DNA of 44,988 nucleotides from an uncultured Methanosarcinales archaeon (lineage in GTDB: Archaea > Nanobdellota > Nanobdellia > Woesearchaeales > ARS49), in the NCBI GenBank assembly GCA_964640255.1, contig CAZXEZ010000001.1:1-44988 (forward strand). Reading direction: 5' to 3'. Made by a program: the position numbers and the translations under genes. Below, piece by piece: positions 34,010 to 44,600 of the stretch. How positions within the stretch are numbered: position 1 is the first letter of the stretch; each line of letters opens with the position of its first letter. The notes under the pieces were generated by a model, which was given only the letters and a program-made list of their open reading frames with translations, was not told where the DNA came from and made no database searches.

Positions 34010-37000
34010 ATGAAAAGAACAATAATACTTGCAGCAATTCTAATTATAGGTGTTTTACTTATTTCCAGCTGCAAGCCAGCTGGAAGAGCAATAGCACAGC
34101 CAGATGTCACTGGAAGAGACCTTGATAATTTTCCTAGTAACCTGTTTCACGAATTTGACCTAGAACAGATGCCAATACCAGTAAAGATATACACAGATCT
34201 TGCTTTTGCAAACATTGCAAATCAACTAGTGGCAGAGATAGAAGTAAAGATGTGCGAAGGCATGCAAACAAATGGAGAGGGCTGTTCATATACTTTTGAA
34301 CCAGACTTTATTGATTCAATAGATAATATTCCAAGATTCATCGCAATAGGAACCTGTGATGATGAAACAATAAGCTCTTTGCTTGATGACAGCACTTGTG
34401 AAGACCTCGTAGAGCATAAGGCACTTATACAATATGTTGAGACAGGACAATTAGTGATAGCAGGAGGAACAGAAGCTGACGCAATAGCTGCTGTTGATAC
34501 ATTAATGGCTTACTTAAACGAAGGAGTGTATCTGAATGGATATTATTCAGACATAATAAACACAGAAAATCTCATCGCAGCAAGCCACATAACCCCAACA
34601 AACGAAGTAAAATACACTGCACAATTCATGTTTAAAGAAGGAACAAACGTAATAATGAGTCCTCTAGAGATTCCTTATGATAAAGAGACTGTGACTGCAT
34701 TCTTTGGAGCTAATATAGACAAGATAAACAAGATATATCTTTATGATACTGATGCAGGAGCATACATGGGTGTCTATAACCCAGATACAGACGTGCCAAG
34801 CAACATAGTTAATTTTGCAGAAAGAGATTATTTATATGTAGTAGATGCAAAAGAAGACTTTGATATAACTGTATTCGGGGCAGAACCACCTGCTGCAAGC
34901 TTGGCAGGGTATTACAACGTGCCTTTAGATACAAAAAAAGTACTAAATGCATTCATAACAGGAGCAGCTGTCAACTCAATAACAGGAGGAGCAGTTGCAG
35001 GGCAGGTATATGCAACAGACCCGCTTTATCAATGCAGAAGAACATCACCTGTATCACAAGTACACGATTATTATGTATCTTTGGTGTATCCTTGTCCTGT
35101 AGATGATACATTAGGCATCTTAGGAAGAGTGTATAGCTACTCAGAACCACAACCAGCAAATACAGTATTATTAAAATACTGCTACTGGCCACATCACGAC
35201 GACCACTTACTTGCAATAAATGTGTGTGACCCAGACACACAAGACCAAGCAGACACACCAAACCTAGGCTATGTTTATGCAACAAAACCAACAGGCATTG
35301 ATACAATTCCATTGTATAGATGTATATTTACCAGCAACGGAGAACATTTCCAAACAAGCATAAACCCTTGTCCAGATGGCAGTGACCAAGAAGGAGTGTG
35401 GTACATGCTTCCATTCTGCAGTGAAACAGACCAAGGAAAAGACCTATTTACAAAAGGAACGACAACAGGACTGATAGAACAGTATCCTAAAACAGAAATA
35501 GATACTTGCGTTGGTACGACAAGAGTAGAAGAAGCATACTGTGACAGCGAAACTCTTCCTCATGGAGTGAAAGAAGAATTACTAGACTGCCCAAGCGAAA
35601 CCACGTGCCAAGAAGGAGAATGTGTCTGGACCGGGGAAGAAGAAGCCTGGATGTGGGCGTGCAGGGATGATTCTAATGTTGGTGACTTGGTATATGATCA
35701 CTATGTAACAGCCCCAACAGGACAATATGAATATAAAAACGCATGCGGAACAGCAGACCTAACACAAAGAATCATAGGAAAAGTATTCAAAGTGCCAAAA
35801 CAAGACACGCAAAAACTAACACTCTGCGAAGACTACACAAACAATAATGACAGAGAAGTCATCCTGGGAGACTGCCCACCAGGAACAGACATATTAAAAG
35901 AAATAGGATTTGTCTATATAACTCCACAAGAAGGAACAATACCTGCAACAAAATGCAAATTCACAGCAAATAATGAAAAATTTGTGATAAATGGAAACGG
36001 CTGCCCTTCAGGAGCAGACAAACTATTCACATTCTATGTAATGCCATTCTGCACAATAAGTGAAGACAACACAGAACCAGGAATAACAGAATCAGAATTG
36101 TACATAGGTACCAAAGACTCTGTATTCAGCCTAGTAGACGGAGACAAAACATGGTATGATGAATGCACAAACGGAAAACTAAGGCAATATTACCGCGACC
36201 CAACAAACCTTGAAGGCAACATAGGGATTGCTTCAAAAGAAGAAGACTGCCCAACAGACACGATATGCGAAGATGGCAAGTGCAAAGGACAGATAACAAA
36301 ACTATTATACCGCTGTTATAACATTCAGCACTGGAGCGGCTCACCAACATTACTTGATCATTATGTATCATTTGACCCTAATTGTGAAGGAAATAATGTA
36401 GACGGCCCAATAGGCCACATATATCAAGAAGAGTTCTGGAAAGCTGAACCAAACCTGGAAACAGCATACCAGTGCCATAGACAAACAAGACATCACAGCC
36501 ACACATGGACAGATCATTTCTTATCAAAAGATGCAAATTGTGAAGGACAAAACGTTGATTCCTTAGTTGGATATCTGCCATCAAGCTCATCTGACAAGAC
36601 AACAACATACTACAGATGCTTAGGAACAGAGGCCAAGGGTGGATTTGACCACTTGATATCATCAAGAATAGGATGCGAAGGATATGTAAATGAAGAACTA
36701 GAGTTTTACTTCCTAAAAGAACCAGTAACTACAGTAGAAGGTGCACCAGAACCATCAGCAGAGCCAGCAAACCTGACAATAACAAAAACAGGACCTGCAA
36801 CAGCAGATGCAGGAGAAATAATAGAGTATGAAATACAAATCACAAATCCCACAGAAAACATGATATATTTCACATTAACTGAAAAGATTCCAGACTACAC
36901 AACATACATAAGCAACAGCAGGGACTGGGTTCCAACAGAAGAGACAGACACAGAAGTTGCTTGGGAGATGGGCATCCCAGGAAAAGATGGATACAGCGTG

Positions 37001-38485
37001 GACATACGCCTAAAATCAGACGAAAACACAACAAACGGAACAATAATCACAAATGAAATTGAAATTGAATTTAACACAAAAAATAAAAGTGCAACAGCAG
37101 AGACAGAAATACAGTCATCAATAACAGGACCAGAATGCGGAAATGGAATAATAGAAGCAGGAGAGGAATGTGATGACGGTAATTTAAACAGCGATACTAT
37201 GCCAGATGCCTGCAGAACAGATTGCAAACTTCCAAGCTGCGGTGATTCTGTTGTTGATACAGGAGAGGAATGTGATCCTCCAGATGGAATAACATGCGAT
37301 GCAAACTGCATGAACATAACACCACCACTACCGCCAGGAGTGCCACCATTAGTCCCACCACCAACACCACCACCTACATTACCACCATTCCCACACCAAT
37401 TTTATGGAAATGTGATAAATGGCGTGGCAGCCATGCCAATACAGGCAACACTTGGGGCAATAAACTTCAATACAGCAGTAGACACAAACATACAATATGG
37501 TTACACACCAATATTCCTAATAACAGGAACAACAGACGGAGCATTAATCTCATTTTATGTCAATAATTCATTTGATCAAACATACGCATTTCAGCAAGGC
37601 GCCTTGACACAATTAGACCTAACATATACTGCAGGAGGAGCACCTCCAACAGGACCAACATGCACAGACGGAATACAAAACCAAGATGAAACAGACGTGG
37701 ACTGCGGAGGAACAGTGTGCCCTAAATGTGATAAAAACGAGAATTGCACTAAAAATTCAGATTGTAAAACAAATTATTGCAAGAATGGAGTGTGCAAAGC
37801 AAGGCCAAGGCCAAGAGTTAGCGGAGGCGGTGGAGGAGGCAGAGGAAGATACGTCACTGCTGCACAAGATCTGTATGGAATGCCTCAGCAAGCAGAAACA
37901 GCCTGCTATGATGACTGGATATGCGACCCATGGAGCCCATGCTTAGATGGAATACAGACAAGAGAGTGCTTCTTGAATGATTATCCTGAATGCTTACTAG
38001 AGATGCCTAAACCAGAGACAACACAGTCCTGTGTAATGCCAGAACCAGAATATGTTCCGCCTGCAGCACCAACATGCTTTGACGGCATACAAAACCAAGA
38101 TGAAACATTCCCAGACTGCGGAGGAAGCATGTGCAAGCCATGTGATCCAAACCTTCCATGTAGAATTGACAGGGACTGCGTAACAAATTATTGCGACCCT
38201 ATAGCACAGATGTGCAGTTATCCATCAATTGTAGAGACTCCAAAACCACCAAGCAGATGGTGGATCTGGCTGATAGTAGCCTTGGCAGCAATAGGAGTAA
38301 TTGGAGGAACAATAGCAGCAATAGTACTCTTAAGAAAAAAAGAAGAACTCCCGAACCACAGGCTAAAAGACCTCCGGGAATACGTGGAAAAATACAAGAA
38401 AAAAGGCGTTTCTACTGAAAAAATACGAAAGAAAGTTCTAGAGCATGGCTGGAAAAAAGAAGCAGTAGAAAAGGTTTTAAAATAG
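34010..38485 (+). CDS. giant (1491 aa) multidomain cell-surface protein, C-terminally membrane anchored
   Basis: Signal peptide with LLISSC. Nine Cys-containing Y(R/Q)C...DH(Y/F/L)(V/L/I)S-type repeats. DUF11-like LTITKTGPA domain. CGNGIIEAGEECDDGN Cys-rich repeats and a Pro-rich linker. Two C.DGIQNQDET..DCGG..C..C modules, a TM helix and a basic tail. Confidence 0.9.
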   Translation: MKRTIILAAILIIGVLLISSCKPAGRAIAQPDVTGRDLDNFPSNLFHEFDLEQMPIPVKIYTDLAFANIANQLVAEIEVKMCEGMQTNGEGCSYTFEPDFIDSIDNIPRFIAIGTCDDETISSLLDDSTCEDLVEHKALIQYVETGQLVIAGGTEADAIAAVDTLMAYLNEGVYLNGYYSDIINTENLIAASHITPTNEVKYTAQFMFKEGTNVIMSPLEIPYDKETVTAFFGANIDKINKIYLYDTDAGAYMGVYNPDTDVPSNIVNFAERDYLYVVDAKEDFDITVFGAEPPAASLAGYYNVPLDTKKVLNAFITGAAVNSITGGAVAGQVYATDPLYQCRRTSPVSQVHDYYVSLVYPCPVDDTLGILGRVYSYSEPQPANTVLLKYCYWPHHDDHLLAINVCDPDTQDQADTPNLGYVYATKPTGIDTIPLYRCIFTSNGEHFQTSINPCPDGSDQEGVWYMLPFCSETDQGKDLFTKGTTTGLIEQYPKTEIDTCVGTTRVEEAYCDSETLPHGVKEELLDCPSETTCQEGECVWTGEEEAWMWACRDDSNVGDLVYDHYVTAPTGQYEYKNACGTADLTQRIIGKVFKVPKQDTQKLTLCEDYTNNNDREVILGDCPPGTDILKEIGFVYITPQEGTIPATKCKFTANNEKFVINGNGCPSGADKLFTFYVMPFCTISEDNTEPGITESELYIGTKDSVFSLVDGDKTWYDECTNGKLRQYYRDPTNLEGNIGIASKEEDCPTDTICEDGKCKGQITKLLYRCYNIQHWSGSPTLLDHYVSFDPNCEGNNVDGPIGHIYQEEFWKAEPNLETAYQCHRQTRHHSHTWTDHFLSKDANCEGQNVDSLVGYLPSSSSDKTTTYYRCLGTEAKGGFDHLISSRIGCEGYVNEELEFYFLKEPVTTVEGAPEPSAEPANLTITKTGPATADAGEIIEYEIQITNPTENMIYFTLTEKIPDYTTYISNSRDWVPTEETDTEVAWEMGIPGKDGYSVDIRLKSDENTTNGTIITNEIEIEFNTKNKSATAETEIQSSITGPECGNGIIEAGEECDDGNLNSDTMPDACRTDCKLPSCGDSVVDTGEECDPPDGITCDANCMNITPPLPPGVPPLVPPPTPPPTLPPFPHQFYGNVINGVAAMPIQATLGAINFNTAVDTNIQYGYTPIFLITGTTDGALISFYVNNSFDQTYAFQQGALTQLDLTYTAGGAPPTGPTCTDGIQNQDETDVDCGGTVCPKCDKNENCTKNSDCKTNYCKNGVCKARPRPRVSGGGGGGRGRYVTAAQDLYGMPQQAETACYDDWICDPWSPCLDGIQTRECFLNDYPECLLEMPKPETTQSCVMPEPEYVPPAAPTCFDGIQNQDETFPDCGGSMCKPCDPNLPCRIDRDCVTNYCDPIAQMCSYPSIVETPKPPSRWWIWLIVALAAIGVIGGTIAAIVLLRKKEELPNHRLKDLREYVEKYKKKGVSTEKIRKKVLEHGWKKEAVEKVLK

Positions 38486-38533
38486 GATACAGGCTCTCTA
38501 AAAGACTTCTAGGGGAAAACTCTGTATTTAAAA

Positions 38534-38548
38534 GAAAAGTTTATATAT
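38534..38548 (+). promoter_or_regulatory. BRE/TATA-like 15-mer GAAAAGTTTATATAT
   Basis: Identical to 33958..33972. Lies about 95 nt upstream of the ATG at 38644. Confidence 0.45.
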
Positions 38549-38643
38549 CTGTTGTATTATACTCATTATAATCGGGGGATGACAGCAATTTTCTAATTGG
38601 GCGCACTGATTTTAACTTGATTTAAAAAAAAAGAGTTAAGATC

Positions 38644-41600
38644 ATGAAAAAAACAATTAAATTCCCCATAGGCCCTATTCTGATATTCATTCTTATTTCA
38701 TTTTGTTTTTTTTTAAGTGCCTGTTCTCAGGATACCATCACTGCAAAAGTGGTAGAACCGCCACAAATTGGTGAAGAGTCTGATCTTTCAGAGACGTTAT
38801 CCATAGGTCTGACAGACAGTGATATTAAAACTGCTGAAGAAATATCTAAAGAGCCGGAAGATATCCAAGAAATCAGGCTTGAGGCTCCAAGGCCAAAGGT
38901 AGAGCCTGAAATCCAGAAGATAATCAAGGAAAAGCCAAAAGAAAAAGTAGAAGTTGTCATGATTGTCAAGAATGACAGAGATCTTGAGAGGATTTCTAAA
39001 TTAATTGAGGAAAGTTCTGGAGATGTAAAAGGAAAATACAAGGTAGGAGACGTTATCTCAGCAGAGATAGAGGCAGAAAAGCTTGAAGAGATATCAGAAG
39101 ATGATGCAATAGAAGAAATAGCATTAGAAAAAGAGTATTTTGCATTCCTGAATGAAAGCATACCGCAAATCAGTATAGATACTATAGCTTGGGCAAGCAA
39201 TTACACTGGAAAAGGCGTGAAAATAGCCATACTAGACACTGGAATTGACACAACTCACGAGATGTTTGGAAGCAGGATAATACTGTCAAAATCATTTAAT
39301 TCAGAAGGCGTGAATGACCTTAATGGCCATGGCTCGCACTGCGCAGGAATAGCAGCAGGAGATGGGAGATACAAAGGAGCTGCACCAGATGCTTCACTAC
39401 TTAATGCCAAAGTGTTGACAAGCCGTGGAAGCGGCAGAACATCTAATATAATAGCTGGAATAAACTGGGCTCTTGACCCAGATGGAAATTCCAGCACAGA
39501 TGATGGTGCTGATATCATCAGCATGAGCTTTGGGGGAGCTTTGACAGATTTAGACGGACCATTGGCAAGCGCAATAAAAGATGCTATTGATGAAGGAGTG
39601 GTATTTATCGCTGCTGCAGGCAATTGCAGACAAGGATGCGGAAGCTTCTTTGGGGTGACAATGCCAGGAAGCATGCCAGAAGTAATAACAGTAGGAGCAG
39701 TCAATGAAAACAACAATGCTGCTTCATTCAGTTCTGGAGACACTTTCCATAATTATATCAAGCCAGATGTAACTGCACCTGGCGCAAACATAATGTCTGC
39801 CACAAAAAATGGCGGCTATAAATCAGCAAGCGGAACCTCAATGAGCACGCCAATGGTGGCTGGCCTGATAGCATTGATGCTTGAGAAAGAAAGCTTAAGT
39901 CATGCTCAAATCAAAGCAAAACTAGAAAACACTGCGATTGATCTTGGTAGTTCTGGAAAAGATATAGCATATGGAAGTGGATTGGTTAATGTTAGTGCGA
40001 TATTTGCAAGTGAAGTGGTTGAGGTGAATGAGACAGAAGAGAGCGAAGATAATGAAACAGAAGAAATTATCTCAAATATCACAATTTCAACAGACAGTAA
40101 GATAATTGCAGAAGATGTTGGAGAGTTCAGGTTCTTGATTAAAAGAAATGTCTCAAGCAATATGTCGCATGCAATCTCACATAATAAAGCGATATATGCA
40201 AGAGATCTGCACAGGGTTTACTTAGAAGAAGTAATATTTGATACTGCCCTTAATTTTACAGATTACCTTTACCTTAATGTTCCATTAGGAACATCTGAAG
40301 AGATAGAATTTATCAATGGAAATTACTCTTATGTAAAATATGGCGATGAACTTGTATGGTACACAGGTAATGCTGTTTATTTTTTTGAAACACTGAATAT
40401 CAGCTTTAACGACACTGGACTAATTGCATTTTTAGATTCTTATTCTGAACAGACATCTAATAACGTTGGCACTGATTTTGAATCAAATGTACAAAACATG
40501 AAAAAAATTGAGGAAAAAGTTTTTGATGAGATAAATAAAAAGACAATACAAAAAATAAAAACAACAAGTTCGGGAAAAAACACAAGTTTCAAACTAATGT
40601 ATGGCGGTGATGACCCAGATGACGCTTACACCCTGGATTGGGGAGACAGAGAGTGGGAATCCTTCTACACAGAAGGGGCGGATAATTGGTATTACACAGA
40701 AACAGATGTAAAAGGCACGCTAATCTTTGAAATTACTGACATAAGCTCAGGGGATGATTTAGACTTGTACGTATATGATTACCGAGCAGATCGTTTAAAA
40801 TGTTACAGCGAAGAATGGGGCGATGATGACGAGTACTGCACAGTGTCTAAAACAACAACAAATACTTGGGGGTTCTACATTTTGGTATATCCTTATGAAA
40901 TAGATGGCTGGCGAGCAACAGGCTATATTGAAACAGACGCGTCATGCACAGCAGAATGGCTGGATGAATGGGACTGCCGCTCATGGGGCAACTTATACAG
41001 AAAATACCGAAATAGGGACTGCACTGTTGAATGGGAACACTATGTAGACTGTGATGATTATGATGATCCTGGCAGCTGGTATTGTTACAATGGCGATGCC
41101 AAGAAAGTATCTTATAATTATTATTGCGATTCTGATGTGAATCGCTGTGATTACAACCCAACCACAGATATGTATTATTGTGATTCAGCAGAAAAATGCA
41201 GCAGTGGAAGCTGTGTAGACAAGATCTGCAGTGATTACTCAAATAATGGAGGAACCTGCAGCTGGTCAGATTATTATTTTGACAATACTTATTGTGTGGG
41301 CAGCACAAACGGAGATCCTGCAGAGTGTGAGCCTTTTGGAAACACATATTGTTGGGACTACCTAGATTCCTGCACTTCTGACCAATATTGTAAAGATCCT
41401 ATTGGTTCATCACAAGGAGCACAATGCTTTGATTATGAGTGTTCTGTTGATTCTGTATCTTGGGACAAGACAAGTGCTGTGGTGGATACCAATGTAGGCA
41501 TAACTGTGCAGGGAAGCCACTGTGACAGTAGTGACCATGTAACCTTTGGAGTCTATGAAAATGACTGCTGGGGAGTGCTTGAAGCCTCTGCACAAGGAAA

Positions 41601-44600
41601 TGAAACAAACATGACTGCACAAGGAATATGCAATGATGCAGTCAATAAACAACCAGTAAAAGCAGATTTCTCAAGCAACAAGGCCACAAGCACATGGAAA
41701 GCAGAGTGGCAGAGTGATGTAAACGGAGACCCAGAACATTATGTTTATGCATATCTACAAGGAGACAGTGATGATGATACCAGATCAGGCAATAAACTGA
41801 CTGTATCTTGCAAAGACAATGATAATGACGGGCATAAGAGCAATACTTGCGGAGGAGATGACTGCAATGATAATGACGCAGCAAAATATCCAGGCAATAC
41901 AGAGATATGCGACCAAAAAGACAATGATTGCGACAATCAGGTTGATGAAGACGGGGCATGCGACTGCCACTTATCAAGCGTATCCTGGGACAAGACAAGT
42001 GCATCAATGAGCAGCACAGCTGGATTTAAGGTGTATGGAGACAGCAACTGCAACGGCAAATATGCCTCTATGCAGGTTTGGGAATATGACTGGTCTTCTG
42101 CAGACGATCCTGTCCAGAATAATCCATCAAACCCAAAATTCTCTAATGGTGTTGCTTCAGGCAGTTGGACTGCAGAATGGCAGTATGACGCAGGAACAAA
42201 ACCAGAATATTATCTTAAAGCAACTCAAGGAAGCTCAACAGTCACATCATCGAACCAGCTAACAGTCAGCTGCACAGACAGTGATGGAGATGGGTATACT
42301 AGTTCTGTTTGCGGAGGAAGCGACTGCAATGATGCAGATTCTAATATACATCCAGGCCACACAGAGAGCTGCAACGGAATAGACGATGACTGCAATAACC
42401 GAATTGACGAAACTTTTAATTTCCGGATAGACAATAATAATTGCGGAGCATGCCACATAAGATGCGGCGACATAGGCCAGTATTACCAGTGCCAAAACTA
42501 TGTCTGCATACGGCAAAGAGTTTGCGGTGATAACATATGCGAAGGACCAGAAACAAGTGCTAATTGTGCGCAAGACTGCTATGGAGACCTCAAAGTAGTC
42601 TCGATAAACGCCCCATCTGAGGTAGACCAAAATGATTATGTCACAATAAAGGCAACAGTAGAGAACAAAGGAACTTACACAGATCAATTAAACATTGAAG
42701 CAGGAATTGTTCCAGACTATTGGAGAGGAACAATCTTTTCAATGGAAGACAACATGTCAATACAGGCAGTTGGATTCACGACAAAATGCTGCCAAGGCAA
42801 TGCATATTATGACGCAAAAACAATCAGTCTAGGAGCAGGAGATTCAGAAGAAGTCACGTTTAATGTTTATGCCCCTAAAACCACAAGCACAGATGCCTGC
42901 GGACAGGCGTCATCAGGATATTATTCTGCATGGGATACATCCCACGAAGTCATGGTAGGTATATATCCTGCATGCGGCCAATCTTACACTCATTCTATCA
43001 CAAAAAACATCAAAGTAAAAGAAACACCCTGCAACTTTGACTCTGACTGCGGGCCTGGCGCAACATGTGAATATGATTCTGACAATCCTTCAAACAGCGC
43101 GTGTATACCAAACCCTTGCGAGACCCAATGCAGTTCAGATAATCTGTACTTCTGCGAAGGCTCTTCCCTTTACATGTGCAAGATGAATATAACAAACGGC
43201 TGCTACCAGAGAACATCTGTACAGACCTGTCCAGTAGGATATGAATGCATCAACGGAAAATCAAGCTGCCAGAAAATAGTGGCTAATACAGAGTTATCAA
43301 TTGAAGAAGCATCTGCCGGCACAATAGTACAAAAGCAGTCTGGAGATATCATCACTGTCAAACTTAAACACAATAAGAATGAAAACATCCAGCTGGAATA
43401 CGACCATGACTCATTCGCACTAGACACTTCCACCTGCCCAAGTGATTCTTTTCACATAACAAAAGATCAAGCATGCAAATTCACAATCAGTGATTATGCA
43501 TTAGGACAATATACTTTCACAGTCAAGAACGGAAATAAAAGAACAGTCAATGTAATATATCGCCCAGATTATCTGATAATAACCAACAAAGCAAAATTAT
43601 TGACTCGCTTCTCTGGCGACAAGACAGGAGTGAATGACCTGCTTGCAAAAGCATACCGTCATGCAGATGGCGCAGACAGAAAAGCAGTAATCTATGACAT
43701 GGATGATTATATCGGAGGACACCCGTGGGAACAACTAAGTGATTACAAAGAAACTCCAAGAGTTCAGGTGATGACAGACAATTCATACTCCTTAGATATA
43801 GGATATTTCATAAGAGACAAATGCGAAAAATGTGAGGGCGTTGTCATACTTGGCGGCGACTTTGTTGTTCCATACTACAGAAGAGATGTAAACATACTGG
43901 ACTGGAAGCTATTTTATTCTGATACAAGAATAGACAAAATATACAGCGAAATCCCTTACATCAAGAGAACAGAAAAAGATTTTGCAGAACTGGATGACTT
44001 ATTCATATTCAAGGGCTCATACAGAGGGAAAAAAGTAAAATTACTTCTGCCAGACAGTGTTTCATCTGACATGAGTTCACAAATAGCCAAATTCAAAGAT
44101 GTAATCAACAAAAGCTACAAGCCAAAAATCGAAGAAATAAAATCAAAAGACATTTACTGCAAAGACCAGAAATTATTTGAACAATATGACAGTGCAACAT
44201 TACTTATCATAGGAACAGAAGAAAACAACAATGCATACAAATGCCTGCCTTTTGTTGCAGGCTATGAGAACAGAGATACTGCGTTTATAGACATCAACCC
44301 ATGGGACGGCCGCGAATATTCTGTAATAATAAACACAGACGACCCGCATGTTCTAGAAGCCTTGACAAAAACAATTGAAAATGGAGAATACAAAAAACTA
44401 AAAGCAAAGGGCTGGTGGTATGTTGAGCTAAGTCTTGAAGCAGCATCTTATCTTATGCTTCTTGGTGAAGTAGTCACAGGCATACCGCTTGATACTGTTG
44501 CAGACGGAGCAGATAGTGTAAATGACTGCTGGGTCAGGAAAGACGGCATATCCTGCAAAATCAGCGTGGTAATGATGGGCATACCTTGGATTCCTGGCAA

